Below, one piece after another: positions 31,002-40,730 of a stretch of 64,000 nt of DNA (the first letter of the stretch is position 1; every line of letters starts with the position of its first letter). The stretch comes from Promethearchaeati archaeon. GTDB lineage: Archaea > Asgardarchaeota > Heimdallarchaeia > Heimdallarchaeales > Heimdallarchaeaceae. The stretch lies in NCBI GenBank assembly GCA_013166775.1, contig JABLTJ010000015.1, forward strand, positions 1 to 64,000, written 5' to 3'. The notes below the pieces were generated by a model. That model was given only the letters and a program-made list of their open reading frames with translations. It had not been told where the DNA came from and did not search any database. The translations under genes were made by a program, and so were the position numbers.

Positions 31002-31077
31002 TGGTGGACCGGTCGGGACTTGAACCCGAGGCCTTCTCGGTGCAAGCGAGACGATCTTCCAGCTGATCTACCGGCCC
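31002..31077 (-). tRNA. tRNA-Ala(TGC)
   Basis: Acceptor gggccgg/ccggtcc with G3:U70, anticodon arm tctcg-ctTGCac-cgaga, ttcaagt T loop, CCA. Confidence 0.96.
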
Positions 31078-31296
31078 ATTGGTTATACCAGACTGTCATC
31101 TTTTTCCCCCGTTTTTTAAAGTTTCGATACCAAGAGATTTTCTGTTTAAGAACATATACAAACATAATAAACACGTGAGAAATACTGCTTATAATGTATA
31201 TTACTTTGGTATTACACCTGCCGACAAAAATAACTCTCTCAGAATCCGACAAAAAGCCCTAAGCTTCAAATTTCCAAGTAATAAACCGTAAAACAG

Positions 31297-31411
31297 CCCC
31301 TCCCCCCTATTTCCAATGGAGAAACACGTTTTTTGGTAATTAGGGCTCTGTAGATTAAGAATCTCTGCTTAATGCGAAAAATTCGTTTTTAATTAGATTT
31401 CCATTGGAAAA
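31297..31411. promoter_or_regulatory. ORB-like inverted repeats (candidate replication origin)
   Basis: Minus strand TCCATTGGAAATAGGGGGGAGGGG (31320-31297) and plus strand TCCATTGGAAA (31400-31410), separated by 79 nt of AT-rich DNA. Confidence 0.45.
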
Positions 31412-31491
31412 ACAAAACGTTAACTAAATATATTAGATGGTTTTAAAAGCAAATATTATCTCAGTATAAATAGTAAAAACTTGAAAAATAA

Positions 31492-31812
31492 GTGATGAAG
31501 ATGGTAACAATAAACGAAGCACAAAGAAAACTGCTCGAACTCATCAATAGTAGAAATAGTGTAAAACAATTAGATGTTATGAATATTCCAAAAACACCAA
31601 GCAGAATAATGGGAGAAAAAATGTTAAATGCTTTTGCTAGTCAGATATTGGATGATTGTGAAGGTTTAGAATGTGATCCAACTATTGAAGACGAATTAAT
31701 TGAAAGTCTATTAAGTACACTAGCATTAGCAGGAATAGTGGGAGTAGATTTAGAAAGAAAACTGCTTGAAATTTTAGGATTAATGGAAATTGTAACAGCA
31801 GATAGTGCTTAA
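31492..31812 (+). CDS. Degenerate MazG-like all-alpha protein
   Basis: N-terminal TINEAQ and C-terminal IEDELIESLLSTLALAGIVGVDLE resemble MazG helices. The central EExxE motif is absent. Confidence 0.5.
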   Translation: MMKMVTINEAQRKLLELINSRNSVKQLDVMNIPKTPSRIMGEKMLNAFASQILDDCEGLECDPTIEDELIESLLSTLALAGIVGVDLERKLLEILGLMEIVTADSA

Positions 31813-31857
31813 AACTACGCTAAACGGAGGGAAAAATTCCTCTTGGGTTCTGGAGAG

Positions 31858-32190
31858 TTAATATAGCTTTCCACCTAGAGGAACATCATTATCAGGTTTG
31901 ATAAGAATACACTCTCCATTCTTATCTGGAATCCCAACCACTAATACTTCTGACATTACGGGTCCAATCTGTCGGGAAGGAAAGTTTACTACAGCAAGAA
32001 CTAATCTGTTTCTTAGATCTTCTTTTGTATAATTCGATACTAGTTGAGCGCTTGATTTTTTTACCCCAATCTTTTCTCCAAAATCAATCTTTAATTTGTA
32101 AGAAGGTTTTCTAGCTTTGGGAAAATCTTCAACTTCAATAACTCGCCCAACCCTTATGTCCACTTTTTCAAAATCTCCAAAGTTTATCAT
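31858..32190 (-). CDS. csaA: CsaA/Trbp111 tRNA-binding OB-fold protein
   Basis: DFEKVDIRVG, ARKPSYKL, SSAQL and VNFP.RQIG..SEVLV. Confidence 0.9.
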   Translation of the reverse strand: MINFGDFEKVDIRVGRVIEVEDFPKARKPSYKLKIDFGEKIGVKKSSAQLVSNYTKEDLRNRLVLAVVNFPSRQIGPVMSEVLVVGIPDKNGECILIKPDNDVPLGGKLY

Positions 32191-32278
32191 TACAATTGTG
32201 AAATAATGCTTTAATATAAATATTATACAGTGAAATCAAGTAAGGCGCCAGTTTCATCCTTTATTGATGATGGATCTT

Positions 32279-33397
32279 AAACGTGGTGTTGTTTAAAAGA
32301 CTTCTAAGTCATTGATAAGTAATATACTGCTGAATGGCTTGAGGTATCTATGAATTCAATACTAAAATCATTGTTATTTATTATTTTCTTCAAATTATCA
32401 GGATTAATAAATTCCCTTGTATTTCTATAAATTTGCCTTTCTTTTAGTTTGTAATCTCGAGTTAGTCTGTTGTATGAGGAATAAGTGATTGCTTGCATTC
32501 CATAGTCTTTTTTGATTGCTGGAAATTGATAATGTTCTCCAGCGATAATATCTTTAACTAGTTCTATTAATAACTCTCCACTGTAATTTTTCCTTAAATT
32601 TTTTGCATTGTACTTGTTATCAGTTGCTTTTGGTTTGTAGGTTGAAAAAATCCAGGATCCATTAGGATTCAAGTGTTTCCTAACAGCTGAGAATAAATTT
32701 TCCAACATTGAAAAAGGAAAACTGGGAAATGTATTCATTGATAAAACTATTACATCAAATTGCTTTTGATGCACATTACTGCCTTTCAAGAAATCATCAA
32801 AAAGAATATTACATTTTTCTAACAGTGGGTGTTTTTTTGAATAAGCTTGAAAATATTTCTTACAGTGTTTACATATTTCAATTCCAAACAAATTTGCCTT
32901 TTTAGTTTGTTTTTCGTTTTCAACAGCGATCTTGTTTAGAACGCGTCCATATGCTGTACCAATCTCTAATATAGTTTTTGGATTATTATCAAATATGAAT
33001 TGAATCTCCGGGTCAAATCTTTTAGAATGATTTTCTCTTCGTCTCCAGAAAACATCTGCCCAAATCTCTGAAGAATGTAAATTGTTCCTTATATCTGAAA
33101 TTGTCTCGTTTTCCATCAAAAATCCAAAATCGTTTAATTTCTGTAATTCAAGTTCAATTTCATCCTTTGAATACATTTAGTTCTAATGATTGTGATAATA
33201 TATTAAATCATCCTATCTAAAGCTCTGTTTTGCACATAATCTTCTTTCTAGTAATATTTGATTTTTAGGCAATCTATATGATTTCATATAGCTGTTGTAT
33301 TGCAATGTTTCCATTTTTTAGAGCTAAAGGATAAAAATATAAACAGAATTTGGTTTCTTTGTTTCGATGTTATGATTGGTTTAAAACGTGGTGTTGT
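32279..33397 (+). repeat. 14-bp direct repeat aaacgtggtgttgt (32279-32292 and 33384-33397) bracketing the methyltransferase gene
   Basis: The first copy lies in a stub MMDLKRGVV*. The second is the start of the GrpB gene, MIGLKRGVVK. Confidence 0.65.
32304..33176 (-). CDS. Class I SAM-dependent methyltransferase
   Basis: ILEIGTAYGR, GIEI, FDVIVL and HLNPNG. Confidence 0.82.
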   Translation of the reverse strand: MYSKDEIELELQKLNDFGFLMENETISDIRNNLHSSEIWADVFWRRRENHSKRFDPEIQFIFDNNPKTILEIGTAYGRVLNKIAVENEKQTKKANLFGIEICKHCKKYFQAYSKKHPLLEKCNILFDDFLKGSNVHQKQFDVIVLSMNTFPSFPFSMLENLFSAVRKHLNPNGSWIFSTYKPKATDNKYNAKNLRKNYSGELLIELVKDIIAGEHYQFPAIKKDYGMQAITYSSYNRLTRDYKLKERQIYRNTREFINPDNLKKIINNNDFSIEFIDTSSHSAVYYLSMT

Positions 33398-33896
33398 CAA
33401 ACTCAAAAACCATGATAAGGGATGGAGTAAGTTATTTGAAAAAGAAGCTAAACTCATTTCATCACAAATTTCTGACTACATAGTAGATATTCAACATATC
33501 GGCAGCACTGCAATTCCCAATACCATTGCTAAACCTATAATAGACATAGCCGTTGCAATAGATGACTTATCCAATATTAAGCAAGTTATTACTCTCCTAG
33601 AAGAAGCAGGATTTGAGTATAGGGGAGAACAAGGTATTCCAGATAGGCATATGTTTGTGAAAGGAGATGAAGAAAGTAGAACACACCATATACATGTGAT
33701 GGTTAATACTTCTTTTGAGTGGAAAAAACATATTTTATTCAGAGACTACTTAATACACCATCCTTCAGAAGCAAAACAGTATTCAGAACTGAAAAAGAAA
33801 CTAGCTACTGAGTTCGAGTTTGATAGGGAGAAGTATACTGATGGCAAAGAAGAGTTTATACTAGGAATAATTGAAAAAGCAAAAACGAATGGCTAG
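33372..33896 (+). CDS. GrpB/UPF0157 family nucleotidyltransferase-fold protein
   Basis: HIGSTAI, AKPIIDI, HHIH, FRDYL and YTDGK. Start placed at ATG 33372. Confidence 0.92.
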   Translation: MIGLKRGVVKLKNHDKGWSKLFEKEAKLISSQISDYIVDIQHIGSTAIPNTIAKPIIDIAVAIDDLSNIKQVITLLEEAGFEYRGEQGIPDRHMFVKGDEESRTHHIHVMVNTSFEWKKHILFRDYLIHHPSEAKQYSELKKKLATEFEFDREKYTDGKEEFILGIIEKAKTNG

Positions 33897-33902
33897 ACCA
33901 TT

Positions 33903-34445
33903 TTATTTCTCTTTAGAAAATAATCGCTTTAGTAATTGTATTTGACCTATGTGCATGGCTTCATGCTCAATAAGATGGAAAAGAATCCACTCTATACTGT
34001 ATTTTTCACCCTCTGATTCAACTATCCTATCTAGATCTTCATCTTTGAATTTCTTTAGTCTTTGATAAACTTCTTGTCTAATTTTTTCCAATTTATTCAC
34101 ATAGAATTGTAATCTTTGATTCTTTAACTGAGGAATATTAACTTCTGGATTTAAGGCAAAACCGTGCTTAAATTCCTCGAAATCCATTTTTTGTTCATCG
34201 ATGTCTTCAAAAATCCAACTCCATTCAACAGCTGCGATGTGAAAAAGGAGTGTTCCTATGGTCTCAAATTTTCTTTCATCTGGAGTATAATCTAATTCTT
34301 CTTGTGTTAAATCCCTTAAAACTCTAAATAACCTCTCCCTTGTTTCATACATTAAACTGTACCACAAAGCAACTCTTGGAGATAGTTCTTCAAATTCAGT
34401 TTTTCTAAGAGCTTTCTCACTTTTTCCATCCATATTATACTTCAA
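33903..34445 (-). CDS. DinB/YfiT family protein
   Basis: TIGTLLFHIA..E and WILFHLIEHEAMHIGQI. Confidence 0.9.
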   Translation of the reverse strand: MKYNMDGKSEKALRKTEFEELSPRVALWYSLMYETRERLFRVLRDLTQEELDYTPDERKFETIGTLLFHIAAVEWSWIFEDIDEQKMDFEEFKHGFALNPEVNIPQLKNQRLQFYVNKLEKIRQEVYQRLKKFKDEDLDRIVESEGEKYSIEWILFHLIEHEAMHIGQIQLLKRLFSKEK

Positions 34446-34493
34446 ATAACTGCATTATAATGGTTTTTCTATGAACAAAAACAAAAATTCGAA

Positions 34494-34568
34494 TGGAGCC
34501 TCGGGGGGGACTTGAACCCCCGACTAATTGATTACAAGTCAATCACTCTACCGCTGAGTTACCGAGGC
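34494..34568 (-). tRNA. tRNA-Thr(TGT)
   Basis: Acceptor gcctcgg/ccgaggc, anticodon arm attga-ctTGTaa-tcaat, T arm ggggg-ttcaagt-ccccc, CCA. Confidence 0.96.
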
Positions 34569-34668
34569 TGTCTTCTGCAAAGAGTTTGAAGGTAATCTAA
34601 TAAAAAGTATTTTGATTGTCACTAAATTGTTGGATAAATTCAAGGGAAAAAGATTATAAAAAAAGGAA

Positions 34669-35952
34669 TTGACTTCTTCTTTGATGAAAATTGAAGAAAT
34701 AACTCCTAGTTCTTTTAACAAACTAACTCAATATTTTCAAAATTTTATAGAAATTGAAGAAACAGGAAGTATTTTATTTGCAGCTTATCATAAAGGAAAA
34801 TTAGCATACTGCAACAAATTTGGTTTGAGGGATAGAGAGGAAAAAATTCCTATTGAATTTGATGATATTTTCAGATTTTATTCAATGACCAAACCCATAG
34901 TTTGCCTAGCTGCTCTAACACTCTACGAAGATGGTAAATTTAATCTAGATGACCCTATAGAGAATTTCTTACCTGAGTTCAAAAATATGAAGGTTTTGAA
35001 ATCATATGATCAAAAAACGGATGGTTTTGAATTAATCGATACTAAAAATAGAATAACTATAAAGCACCTCTTTACACATACTTCAGGATTAAGTTATGGT
35101 TTCTACCCTGGCGTTCCTATTGATAAGCTATATGGAAAAGAGTTTGGATATGTGGAAGATAATAGAGCGAAAGAAGTAATTGAAGCAATACCTAAAATGG
35201 AAATTTTAGAGAAGTTCAGTAGGAGGTTGTCAACACTACCTTTATTTTTCGAACCTGGAACTCGCTGGTGGTATGGTTACAATCATGAAATTCTAGGCTT
35301 GCTCATTGAGAAATTGTCAGGTAAGAAATTGGATGTCTTTCTTAGAGAGCAGATTTTCGATAAACTTGGTATGAATGATACTGATTTTTATGTACCTGAA
35401 GAGAAGAGAAAACGTTTAGCAAAACCATACATGAAAAAGCTTGATGAAGTGCTAATTGAAGTTAAAGGGCCTATATCTGAAGGATTTAACTCTAAACCTA
35501 AGTTCTTATCAGGTGGAGGTGGGTTGTTATCAACTCTAGAAGATTATCTCAAATTCTGTATAATGATGATGAATGGAGGGGAATGGAATGGAATACGAAT
35601 TGTTTCCAGTAAAACCATAGAGATGATGACATCTAATCAATTTTCAGATAGGAAAACAACCTTGGATATGCAATATTACGAAATCGAAGACCCTGAAATA
35701 AGAAAACATAATGAAGGATATGGTTTTGGATTGGGTGTGATTGTTAAAATTGCTGATAATATGACTAGAGGTGGGATTGGTGAATATGGTTGGGGTGGAG
35801 CTGCTGATACTGTATTTAAAATCGATCCATCAAAACAAACAATCACTATTATGCTAAGTCAACATATACCACCTGATAACAATTGGATACACCCAATACC
35901 ACAAGATAATATCAAAATTAGTAAGTTAGTCTATGATGCGCTAGGAATATAA
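34669..35952 (+). CDS. Beta-lactamase-related serine hydrolase
   Basis: SMTK (SxxK), LFTHTSG, PGTRWWY and YGWGG. Confidence 0.92.
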   Translation: MTSSLMKIEEITPSSFNKLTQYFQNFIEIEETGSILFAAYHKGKLAYCNKFGLRDREEKIPIEFDDIFRFYSMTKPIVCLAALTLYEDGKFNLDDPIENFLPEFKNMKVLKSYDQKTDGFELIDTKNRITIKHLFTHTSGLSYGFYPGVPIDKLYGKEFGYVEDNRAKEVIEAIPKMEILEKFSRRLSTLPLFFEPGTRWWYGYNHEILGLLIEKLSGKKLDVFLREQIFDKLGMNDTDFYVPEEKRKRLAKPYMKKLDEVLIEVKGPISEGFNSKPKFLSGGGGLLSTLEDYLKFCIMMMNGGEWNGIRIVSSKTIEMMTSNQFSDRKTTLDMQYYEIEDPEIRKHNEGYGFGLGVIVKIADNMTRGGIGEYGWGGAADTVFKIDPSKQTITIMLSQHIPPDNNWIHPIPQDNIKISKLVYDALGI

Positions 35953-36035
35953 AAACAACAAGACAAAGTAGAGACTGAAAAAAAGATTTAAAAACCAAGC
36001 AAGAGTAAGAAAGACGAAAGGAACAAATACGCCGT

Positions 36036-36142
36036 GCCGTTGTAGCTCAGTCTGGTGGAGCAGTCGGCTGTTAACCGACCGGTCGTAGGTTCAAAAATAT
36101 TGACTTGAGGGTCAATAATTGAAAATCCTACCAGCGGCGCCA
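36036..36142 (+). tRNA. tRNA-Asn(GTT) with a 30-nt intron (36096-36125) at position 59/60
   Basis: Acceptor gccgttg/cagcggc, anticodon arm gtcgg-ctGTTaa-ccgac, T stem gtagg/cctac, BHB ttca/tgaa, G73 and CCA. Confidence 0.93.
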
Positions 36143-36150
36143 CCTTTTAC

Positions 36151-37452
36151 TTAGTTTGTTTTACATATCTCATTCAAGGTTTTTAAGAAGATTTTAACTT
36201 CCTCAAGAGTATTATAATGAACCAAACTTATTCTAACGATTTTTTGTTTATTGTAAACATCCTGAGCTAGGGAATAGTAATGTCCAGATCGCGCTGCTAT
36301 CCCACCTTCTTTCCACAAACGAAGTTCTACTTCTTCTTCAGGTACATTTTCAACTTCAAATGAAAAGGTAGGATCTCTTTCATCTAATCTCTTTAAATCA
36401 GTTAAACCATAAACTGTAACTTCTGGTATATCCAGTAAACCAGGAACATTATCAACTCCTGTGAGGACAGCTGATGACAATCCCGTCTCATATTGTTCTA
36501 TAGCATCCATTACTATTTTTAGAGAACGTTTGTTATCTTCAAATTCCAAGTATTGTCCTTCGTAATTGGATTGAACTTCTTCTGAAAGCCAAAGAAGATG
36601 TTCCATTACACCATTAATGGCAGCAAACATCGCTTGATTCCTAGTTCCCCACTCGAATTTACCTGGTGGGGTGGTTGGAGCTGTTCTAACTTTGAATGGT
36701 TGAAGAGCTTCAAGAAGTTCTTTTTTACCATAAAGGAAACTACCGTGAGAAGTAAAAAGTTTGTAACCTGAGAAGACAAGAAAATCACAATCTAAAGCTT
36801 GTACATCAGTTGGACCATGAGGAATATGATGTACTGCATCCACAACAAAATATGCACCAACATCTCGAGCTAATTTACCAATCTCTTTTAGAGGGCTTTT
36901 TGTTCCCAACATATTTGAAGCAGCAGTAATTGTCACTATCTTAGTTTTAGAATCAATCAATTCTTGTAAATGATCCATATCAAGCGTACCTTCTTCCATG
37001 TTTAGTTTAGCGAATCGTACTTGGTTGACTTTACCACGATTCTCTAATTCTACCCAAGGATCAACATTGGTATAGTGTTCATAATCTGTTGTAACAATAT
37101 TCTCACTGCCTGTGAGTTCTTTACCAAAGGCATAGCTTAAATTGAAAAGTAAAGATGTTGCAGATTCTCCAGAAACAATTGTTGATGGATCTGATGCATT
37201 TAGGAAATCAGCTACTGCTTGTCTTCCTGAGCGTATAGTATCAGTTGCTTGTTTAGATTCATCAAAAATTCCACCCACATTAGCACTCCAGTTTATACGA
37301 GCTTCAGCTTCAGCAGTAGCAGCTTTTTCAACAACAAGTGTTGCTGTACCATTATCGAAGAAAGCACGCTTCCGTTCATTGAAATCTGCTGCAGCTCTAG
37401 GAAAGGTTAAACGAATTCGATCAATTAATTTTTTATCAAACATTAATGTCAC
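36151..37452 (-). CDS. Class V PLP aminotransferase (cysteine desulfurase-like, no catalytic Cys)
   Basis: FFDN, EH.TN..PW, VDAVH, FSGYK and RSGHYY. Confidence 0.88.
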   Translation of the reverse strand: MTLMFDKKLIDRIRLTFPRAAADFNERKRAFFDNGTATLVVEKAATAEAEARINWSANVGGIFDESKQATDTIRSGRQAVADFLNASDPSTIVSGESATSLLFNLSYAFGKELTGSENIVTTDYEHYTNVDPWVELENRGKVNQVRFAKLNMEEGTLDMDHLQELIDSKTKIVTITAASNMLGTKSPLKEIGKLARDVGAYFVVDAVHHIPHGPTDVQALDCDFLVFSGYKLFTSHGSFLYGKKELLEALQPFKVRTAPTTPPGKFEWGTRNQAMFAAINGVMEHLLWLSEEVQSNYEGQYLEFEDNKRSLKIVMDAIEQYETGLSSAVLTGVDNVPGLLDIPEVTVYGLTDLKRLDERDPTFSFEVENVPEEEVELRLWKEGGIAARSGHYYSLAQDVYNKQKIVRISLVHYNTLEEVKIFLKTLNEICKTN

Positions 37453-37577
37453 ACTTTATCTCCTCTTTAAATTCATATCGATGGGAAATTGATGAATTTC
37501 AATTAATTCTGCTTGTTATTTAACAAGATAAAATGAAAATCTTCTTATGGAGACCATCAAAAGCAAGATAGAGATCA

Positions 37578-38612
37578 ATGAATGAAAATCAAGAATTAAA
37601 TGTTTTATGCATTTGGCAACCTGATGAACGATTGCACGATTATTTGCTTGATGGACTCAAAGATTATCCACAAGTCAACTTAATTGTTCCTTCAAACACA
37701 TCTCATGAAACATTTTTGAAGTTAGTAAAAGAATATGATCCTGAGATCATAATGGGATGGAGGCCAACAAAGGAATTGTTGGAAACTGCAAGAAATTTAA
37801 GATTGTTCATTAACCCAGGAGCTGGAGTTCAACATCTAATTCCTTTGTTCAAAGATGTAACAAAGAATAGGAAAATAACGTTAGTAAATGGTCATGGAAA
37901 TGCCTATTTCACAGCTCAACACACTGTAACTCTTCTGCTTTCTTTAACGAACAAGGTTATTCTACATCATAATTGGATGATGGAAGGTAAATGGCGTAGA
38001 GGTGATGATTATGCAACTTCTATTCCCTTACGTAACAGCAAAATCGGCTTTTTAGGTTATGGAGCAGTAAACCAAAAAGTTCATCGCTTTCTTTCAGGTT
38101 TTGATGTGGAATTCGCTGTTTTGCGAAATAATTGGAATAAACAAGAAATTCCCTTGCCTACCCCAGTCAACAAGTATACTTTTGATCAACTGAATGAATT
38201 CCTAAAAGCTATTGATATTCTTATTATAGCTGTACCTCTAACATCAAAAACAGAAGGAATGATTGGAAAAACAGAACTTGAACTACTAGGAAACAAGGGT
38301 TTCTTAGTTAACATAGGAAGAGGACAAGTAATAAAAGAAGAAAGTTTGTATTCTTCTTTGAAAAATAAAACTATTTCTGGAGCAGCAATAGATGTTTGGT
38401 ACAATTATCAACCTGAACCTGATATAGATGGGAAAAAATATCCTTTTAAATATCCTTTTTATGAGCTGGAAAATGTTGTTCTATCACCCCATCGAGGTGC
38501 TTCGCCTATGAATAATCTCAAAAGATGGGATGAACAAATAGAAAATATTAGTAGATATGCCAGAGGAGAAAAATATTTTCTAAATATGGTTAATTTAGAT
38601 GAAGAGTACTAA
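37578..38612 (+). CDS. D-isomer-specific 2-hydroxyacid dehydrogenase
   Basis: GYGAV, PLTSKT, VNIGRG, IDVW and SPHRG. Confidence 0.9.
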   Translation: MNENQELNVLCIWQPDERLHDYLLDGLKDYPQVNLIVPSNTSHETFLKLVKEYDPEIIMGWRPTKELLETARNLRLFINPGAGVQHLIPLFKDVTKNRKITLVNGHGNAYFTAQHTVTLLLSLTNKVILHHNWMMEGKWRRGDDYATSIPLRNSKIGFLGYGAVNQKVHRFLSGFDVEFAVLRNNWNKQEIPLPTPVNKYTFDQLNEFLKAIDILIIAVPLTSKTEGMIGKTELELLGNKGFLVNIGRGQVIKEESLYSSLKNKTISGAAIDVWYNYQPEPDIDGKKYPFKYPFYELENVVLSPHRGASPMNNLKRWDEQIENISRYARGEKYFLNMVNLDEEY

Positions 38613-38640
38613 TAAAATAAAAAATGAAAGAAGGAAAATT

Positions 38641-39690
38641 CTATTTTTCTGGGAAATGGCAAGAAACGTAATGGTTTGGATCCATTAATTCAAGCTGTGG
38701 TGTAACCTGAGAGCAAATTTCTTGTGCTTTATAGCATCTTGGATGAAATGGACATCCTGTTGGGGGATCTATCGGACTAGGAACGTCTCCTTCCAAGATT
38801 ATTCTATCCATTTTTATCCTTGGATCAGGACGAGGAATTGCTGAAAGTAAAGAAACTGAATAAGGATGAGCTGTTCTTCTGAAGAGTTCACCTGTAGGAC
38901 ACATTTCCATTATTTTACCTAAGTACATAACTGCAACTCGATCAGAAACATGCTTAATAACACTGAGATCATGTGCGATGAACATAAAAGTTAGGTTGAA
39001 ATCTATTTGAAGATCATGCAGTAGATTAAGAATCTGAGCTTGCACAGAAACATCTAATGCTGAAACAGGTTCATCTAACAAAATTACTTCAGGATTTATT
39101 GCTAAAGCTCTAGCAATTCCTAACCTTTGTCTTTGACCTCCACTAAATTCATGGGGATACCGTAATGCATGATAATCCTCCAATCCTACTTTAGCAAGAA
39201 TTTCCAATACTCTGGATTCTTTTTCCTCATAAGTCATATCAGGGAAATGAATATCGTAAGGCTCTTTAATAATATCAAGAATCATTCTTCTGGGATTCAA
39301 GCTTGAATATGGATCTTGAAAAACCATTTGCAGTTGTCGTTTTATTGCAAGTTCTTCTTCTCGTGTCATGGGACGAAATATATCTATGCCTTTGAAATAA
39401 ACCGACCCTTCAGTTGGTTCTTCTAACTTTACTGCTACTCTTGCAGTTGTACTTTTTCCACACCCAGATTCTCCAACAAGACCAAGTGTTTCACCCTTAT
39501 TAAGAAATAAATTAACACCATCAACTGCTTTAATATTAGCTACCACTTTTGAGAATAGAAGTGCTTGTTGACTCACTGGAAACCATTTCTTAAGGTTAAT
39601 TAGGTTAACGATTGGCTGAGTTTTAGCATCCCAATCAGAGAAAAGATCTACAGTTTCAAATTTTTCGAAAGAATCACTCGCCATTTTCAT
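38641..39690 (-). CDS. oppF: Oligopeptide ABC transporter ATPase
   Basis: GESGCGKST, FSGGQRQR, LDEPVSALD and GCPFHPRC. Confidence 0.93.
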   Translation of the reverse strand: MKMASDSFEKFETVDLFSDWDAKTQPIVNLINLKKWFPVSQQALLFSKVVANIKAVDGVNLFLNKGETLGLVGESGCGKSTTARVAVKLEEPTEGSVYFKGIDIFRPMTREEELAIKRQLQMVFQDPYSSLNPRRMILDIIKEPYDIHFPDMTYEEKESRVLEILAKVGLEDYHALRYPHEFSGGQRQRLGIARALAINPEVILLDEPVSALDVSVQAQILNLLHDLQIDFNLTFMFIAHDLSVIKHVSDRVAVMYLGKIMEMCPTGELFRRTAHPYSVSLLSAIPRPDPRIKMDRIILEGDVPSPIDPPTGCPFHPRCYKAQEICSQVTPQLELMDPNHYVSCHFPEK

Positions 39691-40730
39691 ACCTCCTCTT
39701 TAACTTGATCTCTTTGAACAGTTTTTTCACGTAAAACATCTTTACCTATATATAAATTAAGTTCTTCAAAATGATGACATGCGACACGACGTCCTCTACC
39801 AAATTCAATTTCTGGAGGGCGAATACGACTACAAACTTCTGTTGCAAATTTGCATCTAGGATGGAAACGACAACCTTTTGGAGGATTAATTAATCTTGGA
39901 ACCATTCCAGGAATGGTTTCAAGTCTGGTTTTATCAACTTCTAAACTAGGAATACTTTCGAATAATGCGTAAGTGTATGGATGCTTTGGATTAAGAAAAA
40001 TATCTTCTGTTAGTCCTGATTCTACAACTCTTCCACCATAAAATATGTGTACTCTCTTAGTTATTTCTGCTACCACTCCTAAGTTATGGGTTATGAGCAT
40101 CATAGCTAATCCAAGTTTTTTCTGCATTTCCTTTATGATCTCTAAAACCTGTGCTTGAATAGTTACATCTAAGGCAGTTGTAGGCTCATCTGCTATAAGC
40201 AAACTAGGTTGAAGTGATAATGCTCTTGCTATAAGGATACGTTGTCTCATACCTCCGCTGAACTGATGTGGATAATCTATTATTCTTTTCTCAGCATCTG
40301 GAATACCCACTTGATCAAGCATTTCAATAGCTATTTCTTTTGCTTCCTTCTTTCCACACTTTCTATGTAAAGAAATAACTTCTGTCATTTGATCTTCAAT
40401 TCTGAAGATTGGATTTAAACTAGTCATAGGATCTTGGAATATCATTGCGATTTCCTTTCCTCTTATTCTCCTCATTTGCATATCAGGGAGTTTAAGAAGA
40501 TCCACTCCTTTGTATATGATTTCACCTGAAATTGTTCTTCCGTTTTTATCAAGTATTCGAAGTGCTGATTTTGCAGTAACTGTTTTTCCACACCCAGATT
40601 CACCTACAATACCGACAGGCTCTCTAGGCATAACATCAAAAGAAACCCCATCAAGTGCTTCTACTATTCCTGATTCAGTGTAGAAATAAGTGTAAATATT
40701 TTTTACGTCTAATATCGGGTCCATTTTCAT
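39687..40730 (-). CDS. oppD: Oligopeptide ABC transporter ATPase
   Basis: GESGCGKT, FSGGMRQR, ADEPTTALD and GCRFHPRC. Confidence 0.93.
   Translation of the reverse strand: MKMDPILDVKNIYTYFYTESGIVEALDGVSFDVMPREPVGIVGESGCGKTVTAKSALRILDKNGRTISGEIIYKGVDLLKLPDMQMRRIRGKEIAMIFQDPMTSLNPIFRIEDQMTEVISLHRKCGKKEAKEIAIEMLDQVGIPDAEKRIIDYPHQFSGGMRQRILIARALSLQPSLLIADEPTTALDVTIQAQVLEIIKEMQKKLGLAMMLITHNLGVVAEITKRVHIFYGGRVVESGLTEDIFLNPKHPYTYALFESIPSLEVDKTRLETIPGMVPRLINPPKGCRFHPRCKFATEVCSRIRPPEIEFGRGRRVACHHFEELNLYIGKDVLREKTVQRDQVKEEV

Noticed and set aside
30995-31291. ORFs 30995..31252 and 31079..31291
   Set aside because: They overlap tRNA-Ala or its promoter region and have no protein-like features.
36151-37452. 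Cysteine desulfurase-like enzyme lacking the catalytic Cys
   Set aside because: A Cys-less subfamily of class V PLP enzymes is already known.
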